A stretch of DNA of 64,000 nt from a virus: the IMG/VR virus record IMGVR_UViG_3300027244_000003; one strand, given 5' to 3'. Below are positions 10,057 through 19,321 of the stretch, in pieces. How positions within the stretch are numbered: the first letter of the stretch is position 1; every line of letters starts with the position of its first letter. The position numbers and the translations under genes were made by a program. The notes beneath the pieces are model-generated. The model did not search any database. It was given only the letters and a program-made list of their open reading frames with translations, and was not told where the DNA came from.

Positions 10057-11540
10057 TGATTAAAATTGAAAAACTTGATGAAGTCTATGTTCGTGTCTTT
10101 TCTGATCCTAGCATTGAACAAGAATTAGTAGACTTCTTCACATACGAATATCCAGGTGCTAGATTTACACCACAATATCGAGCAAGATTGTGGGATGGTA
10201 AAGTGCGTTTGTATGATGCAGTAAGAAAAACTCTTTATGTTGGTCTTGTTTCTTATGTACAAGAATTTGCCGAAAGGAATAATTATGAACTACAATATGT
10301 CAAACCTGAACACTTCTTACAAAATGATATCGTATACAGTGACATTGAGCGATGGGTCGAAACACTCAATCCACAATCAAGAAACGAAGCGATCACAGTC
10401 AGAGACTACCAGTGCGATGCTATCCATAAAGCAATTGCTAGTGACAGAGTACTACTCTTATCGCCGACTGCTTCAGGGAAATCGTTAATAATCTATTCTA
10501 TCTTACGATGGCATTTAGAAAATAATCGTAAGTGTATCATTATAGTTCCAACAACATCTCTTGTTGAGCAACTGTACACAGACTTTGAAGATTACTCATC
10601 TGCAAATGGATGGGAAACAAAAGTTCATTGTCAAAAACTTTACAGCGGTTTCACTAAAGACTTTACCAAAGATGTTTTAGTAACAACTTGGCAATCAGTC
10701 TATCTACAACCAAAATCTTGGTTCAAACAATTCGATGTTATCTTTGGTGATGAGGCTCACCAATTTAAAGCCAAATCTCTTACAGGGGTTATGGAAAAGA
10801 TGGATACAGTCAAGTATCGTATTGGTACAACTGGAACACTTGACAATAAGAAAATTCATAAATTAGTTCTTGAAGGTGTCTTTGGTCCAATACATAGAGT
10901 CACTACAACTAAAGCACTCATGGATTCTGGAAGGTTGTCTACCCTAAATATAATGTGTGTAATACTGAAGTACAATGAAGAGATTCGTAAAGGGCGAAAA
11001 AACAATACGTACCAAGAAGAAATGGATTGGCTTGTATCTTGTGAACCAAGAAATAAGTTTATTCGAAACTTGGCAGTAAATTCTAAAGGTAATACGCTCG
11101 TTCTTTTTCAATACGTTGAAAAGCATGGCAAAGTCCTATACGAACTTATTAAAAATAAAGTGCATGATAAAAGAAAAGTTTTCTTTGTCTACGGTGGTAC
11201 TGAAACCACTGATCGAGAAGCAATCCGTCATATTACAGAGGGGGAAAGTGACGCCATTATCATTGCTTCTTTTGGTACTTTTAGTACTGGAATTAATATC
11301 CCATCATTGGAGAATGTAATTTTTGCGTCTCCATCTAAATCAAAGATTCGTAACCTGCAATCGATTGGTCGTGGGTTACGTTTAAAAGAAGGTAAGACTT
11401 CTTGTAATCTATTTGATCTTGCAGACGATCTTCATTGGAAGTCTTGGAAGAATCATACTTTAAATCATGCTGCAGAAAGATACAAAACGTATGCAGAAGA
11501 ACAATTTAAAACAAAAATAGTAGAGGTAGACTTATGCTAA
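10056..11540 (+). CDS. uvsW: RNA-DNA/DNA helicase UvsW
   Basis: SPTASGKS, DEAH, QSIGRGLR SF2 motifs; WDGKVRL. Confidence 0.95.
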   Translation: MIKIEKLDEVYVRVFSDPSIEQELVDFFTYEYPGARFTPQYRARLWDGKVRLYDAVRKTLYVGLVSYVQEFAERNNYELQYVKPEHFLQNDIVYSDIERWVETLNPQSRNEAITVRDYQCDAIHKAIASDRVLLLSPTASGKSLIIYSILRWHLENNRKCIIIVPTTSLVEQLYTDFEDYSSANGWETKVHCQKLYSGFTKDFTKDVLVTTWQSVYLQPKSWFKQFDVIFGDEAHQFKAKSLTGVMEKMDTVKYRIGTTGTLDNKKIHKLVLEGVFGPIHRVTTTKALMDSGRLSTLNIMCVILKYNEEIRKGRKNNTYQEEMDWLVSCEPRNKFIRNLAVNSKGNTLVLFQYVEKHGKVLYELIKNKVHDKRKVFFVYGGTETTDREAIRHITEGESDAIIIASFGTFSTGINIPSLENVIFASPSKSKIRNLQSIGRGLRLKEGKTSCNLFDLADDLHWKSWKNHTLNHAAERYKTYAEEQFKTKIVEVDLC

Positions 11541-11986
11541 CAGACAAAGATGTCTATGTTGTTATAAAGTTAACCAATGGGGAACAGGTCATGGCTGTCC
11601 TCGAAGAAGAAGATGATAAGTATGTGCAACTTGGTAGTCCAATGACTATAAGAACTACACCAATAGTTGGTGAGGGGAGAGAACATATCACTGCGCATCC
11701 ATATTGCCAATTCACAGATGATACATCTTTTTCTATAGAAAAGAAAAACGTAATGTTTATCAAACGTCTACACGAAATGATGATCCCTCATTATAGACGT
11801 ATTGTTGCCCAACATAGCAATGATTGGCGAATCGAAAAGCCTGAACAGGAAGAACCATTTATTAGTTCTAGGGAAGCCAAGAAAAGAATCGCTATGTTGG
11901 TAGGTATAGCTGGAGAAGAAGAGGAAGAAGTTGAAGATACTTCGATACCAAGTACTTACATAGATGGTAACGAGACTAAACATTAG
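11534..11986 (+). CDS. Conserved hypothetical protein (Sm-like N-terminus)
   Basis: VIKLTNGEQVMA motif, between uvsW and gp55. Confidence 0.6.
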   Translation: MLTDKDVYVVIKLTNGEQVMAVLEEEDDKYVQLGSPMTIRTTPIVGEGREHITAHPYCQFTDDTSFSIEKKNVMFIKRLHEMMIPHYRRIVAQHSNDWRIEKPEQEEPFISSREAKKRIAMLVGIAGEEEEEVEDTSIPSTYIDGNETKH

Positions 11987-12009
11987 TAGTCATCAACCCT
12001 AACACAGTG

Positions 12010-12038
12010 ATTATGTCTCAAGTCAACTATAAAAGCAA
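12010..12038 (-). promoter_or_regulatory. Divergent (antisense) sigma70-type promoter
   Basis: Minus strand reads TTGCTT-N17-CATAAT. Confidence 0.5.
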
Positions 12039-12062
12039 ATCTAAATTGTAATAAAAATATAT

Positions 12063-12091
12063 TTGTCTTTCTGTCATCGATGATGTATACT
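12063..12091 (+). promoter_or_regulatory. Sigma70-type promoter of gp55
   Basis: TTGTCT-N17-TATACT. Confidence 0.7.
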
Positions 12092-12126
12092 ATGTGTAGT
12101 TTGAATTAAAGGATAAAAGAAATGCT

Positions 12127-12762
12127 ATGGCTCACTACGTAAACAACGCAGATTTTCTCGCAGCAATTGTTGAGATGCGACAAAAATATCAACATGCAAA
12201 AGAAAACAATCTCCCAACACCCCAAGTAAGCAATTATATTGGTGAGTGCATTCTAAAGATAGCAACGCACTTATCATACAAACCTAACTTTCTAAACTAC
12301 TCTTATCGAGATGAAATGATCTCGGATGGTATAGAAAATTGTCTGCAATATATTAATAACTTTGATCCTGCAAAATCCAATAATCCTTTCGCATATTTTA
12401 CACAGATTATCTACTATGCATTTCTTCGTAGGATTGCCAAGGAAAAGAAACAGTCTTACATTAAAGGTAAGTTGATTCAGGACATGCCATTCGAGATGTT
12501 CGAGTTACAAGAGCAAGATGAGACAGGTGAATTTAAGAATGCTTATTTAGATTTTATGCAGAACAATCATACCTTTGATGACTTTATCGATCGTAAGAAA
12601 GAAAAGGTTGCAAAGAGAAAAATGGAAAATACGTTGAACGCATTTATAGATGATGAGGTAAAAGATGGAACGATCGATACAGGATTGGATAGCGGAATTG
12701 AGCAAGGGAGTGAGCAGTCGCAAGTTTCCTTCGATTCGGAGACGCAGAAGCAAAGTAAATAA
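12127..12762 (+). CDS. gp55: Late-transcription sigma factor
   Basis: HYVNN..F, MISDGIENCL.Y..NFDP, NPFAYFTQI..AF.RRI.KEKKQ. Confidence 0.96.
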   Translation: MAHYVNNADFLAAIVEMRQKYQHAKENNLPTPQVSNYIGECILKIATHLSYKPNFLNYSYRDEMISDGIENCLQYINNFDPAKSNNPFAYFTQIIYYAFLRRIAKEKKQSYIKGKLIQDMPFEMFELQEQDETGEFKNAYLDFMQNNHTFDDFIDRKKEKVAKRKMENTLNAFIDDEVKDGTIDTGLDSGIEQGSEQSQVSFDSETQKQSK

Positions 12763-13843
12763 AAGAACTATCAAGAAATTTGCTTGGGATTCAAGCGATA
12801 ATCAATTTGCATTGAATAAAATTATGAACGAAAATACAAACGAAAAAATCTTTCTCGGTGTTAGTGACTTTGATGACTTAATCACTTCAGAGATCCTGAA
12901 GCGTCGTGTTGAAGCTGGCCAACGTACTATTCATCGTGAAACCAGTGTTCTCTGCAATCGAGAACAGTGGGCTGAATGGGCAGAGGAAATGTTTAAAGAC
13001 GACCTCCATGTCCAAGGTAATTCCTCTAATGGTCTTATCATTGAACGTGATACAAACAATTACATTCGCTTTGATGTGAACAGTAATACTGTTTCTGTTC
13101 GTGCTTATGGTGATGCAGATTTTGCAGATGCTATTGTTGCGACAGTTGAATCTAACTTTGATATCGTAACATCTCACATCGAATGGGTTTATGGTAGCGA
13201 TGGTAACTCTGTCAATGTACCACTGAATCGTGATCGTCTCCCAGTCGATGAAATGTATCCATTTCTAGATGGTGAAACACTTGGTGATTATTATGAACGC
13301 TACATGGCGTCTTCAGCGAATATCCTACTGTTGATTGGTCCTCCAGGAACTGGCAAGACTACATTCATTCGTGGATTGTTAGCACATACAAACTCATCCG
13401 CAATCGTTTCATACGATTCTACGATTCTTGAGAAGGATGGTTTCTTTGCTCGCTTTATCGAGAGTGATGACAACGTAATGGTTCTTGAAGACTCTGATGC
13501 ATTTTTAAAATCTCGCACTGATGGAAACACCATGATGCATCGTTTCCTAAATGTGGGTGATGGTCTTGTTACAACCAAAGGTAAGAAGATGATCTTCTCT
13601 ACCAATCTCCCATCTATTCGTGATGTTGACTCTGCATTGGTTCGTCCAGGACGTTGCTTTGATATTCTAACTTTCGATACATTGAATGTTGAACAAGCAA
13701 ACAACCTTGCTAAACGTCTTGGTGTTAATTTGGCTGTTCGTAAACGTGGTGATGAAACAAAACCATATAGCATCGCTGAGGTCTTCAATCAAAAGACTGA
13801 AGGTATGTCAACTGCATCATCTAGAAGGGTTGGTTTTATCTAA
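12665..13843 (+). CDS. AAA+ ATPase
   Basis: Walker A GPPGTGKT, Walker B VLEDSD, STN sensor, DSALVRPGR arginine finger; start is 12665 or 12824. Confidence 0.85.
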   Translation: MERSIQDWIAELSKGVSSRKFPSIRRRRSKVNKRTIKKFAWDSSDNQFALNKIMNENTNEKIFLGVSDFDDLITSEILKRRVEAGQRTIHRETSVLCNREQWAEWAEEMFKDDLHVQGNSSNGLIIERDTNNYIRFDVNSNTVSVRAYGDADFADAIVATVESNFDIVTSHIEWVYGSDGNSVNVPLNRDRLPVDEMYPFLDGETLGDYYERYMASSANILLLIGPPGTGKTTFIRGLLAHTNSSAIVSYDSTILEKDGFFARFIESDDNVMVLEDSDAFLKSRTDGNTMMHRFLNVGDGLVTTKGKKMIFSTNLPSIRDVDSALVRPGRCFDILTFDTLNVEQANNLAKRLGVNLAVRKRGDETKPYSIAEVFNQKTEGMSTASSRRVGFI

Positions 13844-13983
13844 TGTATAAAGTAAGATATTACATGGCTGGGAGCAATCAAAGAGTATGTAAGATTTTTA
13901 AAACTCTTACAGAAGCTGTGGAGTTTTCTAATACCAAAGTGGGTATTAATGATGTATATGAGATCGTGAAAGTTGAAGAATGA
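13843..13983 (+). CDS. Small hypothetical protein (46 aa, MYKVRYY...)
   Basis: Fills the gap exactly, with TAATG and ATGA overlaps to its neighbours; below the ORF-track cutoff. Confidence 0.6.
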   Translation: MYKVRYYMAGSNQRVCKIFKTLTEAVEFSNTKVGINDVYEIVKVEE

Positions 13984-15035
13984 AAGTAGCAATTATTACA
14001 GACCAACACTTCGGTGCTCGTAATGATAGTATTACTTTTCTAGATTTCTATCAGAACTTTTATGATAATACTTTCTTTCCTACTATCGACTCAGCTGGTA
14101 TTGATACTGTTCTTATTCTTGGTGATACTTTTGATAGACGTAAATATGTAAATTTCTATTCTCTACAAAGAGCCAAAGAAATGTTCTTTGATAAATTAGA
14201 AGAACGTGGAATAACAGTTTATATGTTGGCTGGTAACCATGATACATACTACAAAAATACCAATGATGTAAACTCTCCAGATTTGTTACTGACACAATAC
14301 AATAATATTGAAGTGATAGACAGCCCCAAAACTATTAATCTAAATGGTTTTGATGTTTGTATGGTTCCATGGATTTGTGCAGAAAATTATGAAGAGTCTA
14401 TTGATGTTATGAAGAACACCCCAGCAACACTTTGCATGGGGCATTTTGAGATTGCAGGATTCGCAATGTATAGGGGAATGGAATCACATGAAGGACTTTC
14501 TAAAGAAACTTTCGATAAATTTGATATGGTATTCTCTGGGCATTATCACCATCGTTCTAATGATAACCACATTTATTATCTCGGAAATCCGTACGAACTT
14601 ACATGGCAAGACCATAACGATCCCAGAGGATTTCATCTGTTCGATCTCGAGAACAGACAACTTGGATTCATTCAAAATCCTTATACAATGTTCACGAGAA
14701 TCGAATACAACGACAAAGAAGTTGAACCAATCGACTTAACATCACTTGATCTAAATGGTAAGTATGTAAAGTTAATTGTTGTTAACAAAACTGACTACTA
14801 TAAATTTGACAAGTTCACGCAACTGTTGTATAATAAGGGTTGCGCAGACATTAAGATTATTGAAGATCTTTCTGAATTTCAAGAAGGCGAAATCAATGAA
14901 GACATCAACTTAGAAGATACAGTTTCTGTTCTCTCTAATTTTATTGATTCAATAGAAACTGATGTTGACAAAGAAAAAGTTAAATCATACATGCGAGGTT
15001 TATATACTGAAGCGATTAATATTGAGGTTGTTTGA
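13980..15035 (+). CDS. gp47: Recombination endonuclease subunit (Mre11/SbcD-like)
   Basis: TDQHFG, GDTFD, GNHD, GHYH metallophosphoesterase motifs. Confidence 0.95.
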   Translation: MKVAIITDQHFGARNDSITFLDFYQNFYDNTFFPTIDSAGIDTVLILGDTFDRRKYVNFYSLQRAKEMFFDKLEERGITVYMLAGNHDTYYKNTNDVNSPDLLLTQYNNIEVIDSPKTINLNGFDVCMVPWICAENYEESIDVMKNTPATLCMGHFEIAGFAMYRGMESHEGLSKETFDKFDMVFSGHYHHRSNDNHIYYLGNPYELTWQDHNDPRGFHLFDLENRQLGFIQNPYTMFTRIEYNDKEVEPIDLTSLDLNGKYVKLIVVNKTDYYKFDKFTQLLYNKGCADIKIIEDLSEFQEGEINEDINLEDTVSVLSNFIDSIETDVDKEKVKSYMRGLYTEAINIEVV

Positions 15036-16753
15036 TGATTGTTTTTAAAAGTGTAAGTTGGAAGAATTTTTTATCTACTGGCAACTCATCGAACAAAGTT
15101 CTCCTAAACAAATCCCAAACTACTTTAATCATTGGTAAAAATGGTGAGGGTAAAAGCACAATCTTAGATGCATTGTGCTTTTCATTATTTGGAAAACCCT
15201 TTCGTAGTATTAACAAGGGGCAACTAGTAAACTCTATTAATGGTAAGGGTTGTTTAGTTGAGATAGAACTTTCTATCGGTACCAAAGACTACAAAATAGT
15301 ACGTGGAATAAAGCCAAACATCTTTGAAATCTGGTGTGATGGTATCATGTTAAATCAAGATGCTGCTTCTCGTGATTACCAGAAGGTACTAGAACAGCAA
15401 ATTCTTCGACTGAATTATAAGACATTCACTCAGGTAGTTATTCTCGGTTCTGCATCATTCGTTCCATTCATGCAGCTGACACCACTACAAAGAAGAGAAG
15501 TTATTGAGGATATTCTTGACATTAGAATTTTCTCTACAATGAATTCATTATTGAAAGAAAAGGCGCAGGAGACTAAAGATGCTATACTACGCATTGAGAG
15601 CGAAATTAAAAGCGCAAAGGACAAGGTTGAAAGCCAGCAAGCAATCATCAGAACTATCGCAGAAGCGAAGTCCAGTGCTATCGAAAGTATCGTATCAAAA
15701 ATATCTGCTAACAATGATGAGATTCTATCTGTCGAGGGGGAGATCGAATCTATCGTTTCGGAGATCACTGCTCTTCAAACAAGCATCGATGATAAAGAAA
15801 CTGTATCTGAAGACATTGACAAAGCCAAATCAATCCGTAGTAAGTTGCTCCAGAAAATCGAAACTTGCGAGCACAACACAGAGTTTTTTAGCGAACACGA
15901 TGTTTGTCCATCGTGTAGCCAAGATATCCCAGAGGAATACAAAGAAGGTATTATCAAGGATCTTAATTCGAAACTGTTGGACAATAACACAAAGATTGGT
16001 GAACTCGAAACCATTCTCACAAATCTCCAATCGAAACTATCGCAAATTAACGAAGTGGTTGGGCAAATTACAACCAAGAACATTGAGTTATCTACAAGGA
16101 ACTCTACTGTCACCTTACTTAACAAACAAATCAAAGAACTTGAAGCTGAGACCCAAAGGGTTAAATCTGACACAACTAATATCGATGAAGAGAAGGGTAA
16201 GTTAAAAGATCTCGCAACTAATGCTCTAGAAAAGATTAACAATAAAAATAGTTTAATGGATCAACGTAACTTAGAAGAAGTTGCTTCTGTTCTTCTTAAA
16301 GATACTGGTATCAAGACAGCAATCATACGTGAGTATCTTCCTGCAATGAACAAATTGATTAATAAATACCTACAAGCAATGGATGCATATATTCATTTCG
16401 AACTTGACGAATCGTTCAATGAATCTGTGAAGTCTCGCTATCGTGATGACTTTACATATGCAAGTTTCTCTGAAGGTGAAAAGATGCGTATCGATCTCGC
16501 TATCCTTTTCACATGGCGTCAGATTGCAAAGATGAAGAACAGTGTCAACACTAATCTTCTATTGCTTGATGAGATTTTTGATTCATCTCTTGACACTGCA
16601 GGAACTGATTACTTCCTCAACCTAATGAATCAGTTTGGTGACAATACAAACATCTTTGTAATCAGCCATAAAGGTGATCAACTCTTTGATAAGTTTAGGT
16701 CTGTAGTGAAGTTTGAGAAGCGCAATGACTTCTCAGTGATAGTCCCGAACTAA
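15032..16753 (+). CDS. gp46: Recombination ATPase subunit (Rad50/SbcC-like)
   Basis: GKNGEGKS, CPSC zinc hook, FSEGEK signature, LLLDEIFD. Confidence 0.96.
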   Translation: MMIVFKSVSWKNFLSTGNSSNKVLLNKSQTTLIIGKNGEGKSTILDALCFSLFGKPFRSINKGQLVNSINGKGCLVEIELSIGTKDYKIVRGIKPNIFEIWCDGIMLNQDAASRDYQKVLEQQILRLNYKTFTQVVILGSASFVPFMQLTPLQRREVIEDILDIRIFSTMNSLLKEKAQETKDAILRIESEIKSAKDKVESQQAIIRTIAEAKSSAIESIVSKISANNDEILSVEGEIESIVSEITALQTSIDDKETVSEDIDKAKSIRSKLLQKIETCEHNTEFFSEHDVCPSCSQDIPEEYKEGIIKDLNSKLLDNNTKIGELETILTNLQSKLSQINEVVGQITTKNIELSTRNSTVTLLNKQIKELEAETQRVKSDTTNIDEEKGKLKDLATNALEKINNKNSLMDQRNLEEVASVLLKDTGIKTAIIREYLPAMNKLINKYLQAMDAYIHFELDESFNESVKSRYRDDFTYASFSEGEKMRIDLAILFTWRQIAKMKNSVNTNLLLLDEIFDSSLDTAGTDYFLNLMNQFGDNTNIFVISHKGDQLFDKFRSVVKFEKRNDFSVIVPN

Positions 16754-16840
16754 TCCCCTACGAGGAGTAGGGGAATGTAAGTTGTTGATTTTACAGGGTT
16801 TTTTCAGGGGCTTGTCTTTTATCTAAAACTGGTGCATAAT
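16751..16840 (+). promoter_or_regulatory. Composite promoter: palindrome + IHF-consensus box + sigma70 promoter (copy 1)
   Basis: TCCCCTAC-N5-GTAGGGGA (16754-16774); TAAGTTGTTGATT (16778-16790, reverse complement of WATCAANNNNTTR); TTGTCT-N17-CATAAT (16812-16840). Confidence 0.7.
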
Positions 16841-16865
16841 TCACTCTATTGAATCGGAGAAAATT

Positions 16866-17024
16866 ATGTGGAATGAATTTAGTGACTTTGAACTAGCCGA
16901 GTTGGCTGCAATGTATGGTCTTGAGGAAGAACTTGTGTTCTGCAATGACCTTTCCCTAGCGAATCGTACTCACATCGAGTCACGATTGACCGAAGTAGAA
17001 TACGATATGGCTTACGGAGAATAA
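16866..17024 (+). CDS. Small acidic hypothetical protein (52 aa, MWNEFSDFEL...)
   Basis: GGAG SD; first ORF downstream of the promoter; ends 1 nt before the next ATG. Confidence 0.65.
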   Translation: MWNEFSDFELAELAAMYGLEEELVFCNDLSLANRTHIESRLTEVEYDMAYGE

Positions 17025-17025
17025 T

Positions 17026-19197
17026 ATGAACATCAAAGCATCTGACCTTTCCGCACGTCTTCTTGCCAATGAGAATCTTTCAGTGATTCGTGCAAGAACA
17101 CGCACTGCATCTTTTGACATCAAAGCACGTGTGTTGACTTTACCAGTCTGGAAAGATATGACTCCAGAGATTGAAGATATGCTAACTGGTCACGAAGTTG
17201 GCCATGCCTTGTATACTGGTGACGAATACTTGGTTCCAATTCAAGAAGATCGTAAAATTATGACTTACCTCAACGTACTCGAAGATGTACGTATTGAGAA
17301 AATGATCAAACGTAAGTATCCAGGACTGCGTAAACGCATGAACGAAGGATATAAACAACTCAATGATCGTGACTTCTTTGGTGTAAAACAAGTCCAGAAT
17401 TTTGATGACTTGTTACTCATCGACAAAATCAATCTATATTTCAAAGCAGGATTCCAGTGTGGAGTTACATTCACACCTGAAGAAAGGTTGTTTGTCAATC
17501 GTGCTGAACGCACAGAGACCATTGATGAAGTGGTTGAATTGGCTAAAGAAATTTATGGTTTCTCGAAAGAAGAATTACAGGAAAAAAAGAAACGTGTCCT
17601 TATTGAAGATCCAGAAGAACTTGAAGAATCTAACGAAGAGCCAGAAGGCGAATTTGATGACATCGATGACTATGAAGACAATTGGGATCAAGAAGATTCT
17701 GATGAAGATCAAGATGAAAAGAGTAGTCGTAAAACCCATGGTGGAAAATCCACTGAGTCTGACGATGAGCCATCTATCTCTGAAGAAGAACTTGAGTCTA
17801 AGACTGATCGAAATTTTGCTGATAAATTGCAAGATTTGGCTGATGACAGCACGCAATATAACTATGTTAAATTCGATGACAAATACTTCAAAGATCCTAT
17901 TGTTGGTTACAAAACCATCCTCAATGAAACCATTGACAACTGGTATACAGAAGACAAGAATGGTAATACCAAAGAAATGACTGCTGATGAACGCAATCAA
18001 TTTGCATTGGATCGTGCTAAGTATGATAAATTCAAAACAGATTCTACACGTGCAGTGAATTATCTGGTCAAAGAATTCGAGATGCGTAAGTCTGCAGCCC
18101 TGTACAAACGTGCTCAGGTCTCCAAGACTGGTTCATTGGATATGAAACGTGTCTGGTCTTACACACTTAATGATGACTTGTTCAAACGTGTCAGTGTCGT
18201 ACCACAGGGTAAAAACCATGGTATGCTTTTCTTGCTGGACTGGTCTGGTTCAATGGATGGCGTTATGGAAGATACCTTGAAACAGGTTATCAATTTGGCA
18301 ATGTTCTGTGCACGTATTCAAATTCCATATCGTGTGCTTGCTTTCACTTCTCAATACGGTGATCGTAATCCTGATAATTATGACAAACAACGTGAGTGGC
18401 ATCGTATTCACAATGAGTATTTGAATGCAAACAATATACTGGTGACGAATAATAATTTCTCGTTATTAGAATTGTTTTCGAACAAGATGACTACCAGCGA
18501 ATTCCATACGATGGCTCGTCGTGTAACTAACTACAAATTCTTTTGGAATGATGGTTACAGTATGGGTGGAACACCATTGAACGAAGCATTGGTATGGGTT
18601 TACAATAATCTTGGAACTTATACTAAACAAAATGCTATCGAGAAGATGACACTCATTACCTTAACTGATGGTGAAGGTAGTGCATTGTATACTGTCAATA
18701 GTAGTATGCAAGAGCATGAGAATGTGTATTCCACTAGTGGTTACAAAAGGATCAAACACAAATACTTTATTCGTGATGATAAAACACAGAAAACTTATCA
18801 GCTGAATAAAAATTCTAATGAACAAACATCTACGATTATTCAGATGATCAAAGATCGTCACAACTGCGTGGTTGTTGGATTTTATATCTGCCGTAATGCT
18901 CGTCGTGATTTATGTTCTGCGATTCGTTCAAACTTACCAGTCTTTTCAGGTAATGAATACAATATCATTGATACTTGGAGAAAAGAGTTTCGTGATCAAG
19001 GATTCGCTTCAATCAAAGGCACTGGTCGTGATGACTTGTTCTTAGTCCCACAGTCTTCTACGAAGATTGTTGAGGGTGAGTTGGAAGTGAAAGAAGATGC
19101 AAACGCTAAGGCAATTGCAAAGAACTTCAGCAAATTCCTCAATGTAAAACAGACTAGCCGAGTCCTCCTGAATCGGTTCGTGGGATACGTTGCGTAA
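17026..19197 (+). CDS. Metallopeptidase-like/vWA (CobT-like) protein
   Basis: HEVGH zincin motif, acidic linker, DWSGS MIDAS, GTPL and LTDGE vWA motifs; adjacent to a CobS-like AAA. Confidence 0.85.
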   Translation: MNIKASDLSARLLANENLSVIRARTRTASFDIKARVLTLPVWKDMTPEIEDMLTGHEVGHALYTGDEYLVPIQEDRKIMTYLNVLEDVRIEKMIKRKYPGLRKRMNEGYKQLNDRDFFGVKQVQNFDDLLLIDKINLYFKAGFQCGVTFTPEERLFVNRAERTETIDEVVELAKEIYGFSKEELQEKKKRVLIEDPEELEESNEEPEGEFDDIDDYEDNWDQEDSDEDQDEKSSRKTHGGKSTESDDEPSISEEELESKTDRNFADKLQDLADDSTQYNYVKFDDKYFKDPIVGYKTILNETIDNWYTEDKNGNTKEMTADERNQFALDRAKYDKFKTDSTRAVNYLVKEFEMRKSAALYKRAQVSKTGSLDMKRVWSYTLNDDLFKRVSVVPQGKNHGMLFLLDWSGSMDGVMEDTLKQVINLAMFCARIQIPYRVLAFTSQYGDRNPDNYDKQREWHRIHNEYLNANNILVTNNNFSLLELFSNKMTTSEFHTMARRVTNYKFFWNDGYSMGGTPLNEALVWVYNNLGTYTKQNAIEKMTLITLTDGEGSALYTVNSSMQEHENVYSTSGYKRIKHKYFIRDDKTQKTYQLNKNSNEQTSTIIQMIKDRHNCVVVGFYICRNARRDLCSAIRSNLPVFSGNEYNIIDTWRKEFRDQGFASIKGTGRDDLFLVPQSSTKIVEGELEVKEDANAKAIAKNFSKFLNVKQTSRVLLNRFVGYVA

Positions 19198-19287
19198 GTT
19201 GTTGATTTTACAGGTGAAAATAATCCCATACAAAGTGTAGGGGAATTCCCAAAAAGGCTTGTCTTTGATTGCAGTTTAGGGAATAAT
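19194..19287 (+). promoter_or_regulatory. Composite promoter (copy 2)
   Basis: 21-bp exact repeat of 16777-16797; TAATCCCATAC-N5-GTAGGGGAA; TTGTCT-N17-AATAAT (19259-19287). Confidence 0.7.
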
Positions 19288-19321
19288 ACAGTTATTGATT
19301 GGTTGTTATATTATGGAGAAA

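Noticed and set aside
13300-13788. 162-aa minus-strand ORF
   Set aside because: Shadow of the AAA ATPase.
17402-17980. 192-aa +1-frame ORF inside the vWA/peptidase gene
   Set aside because: Covers a Glu/Asp-rich linker whose GAA/GAT codons give stop-poor Lys/Met runs in the +1 frame; TTG start with no SD.
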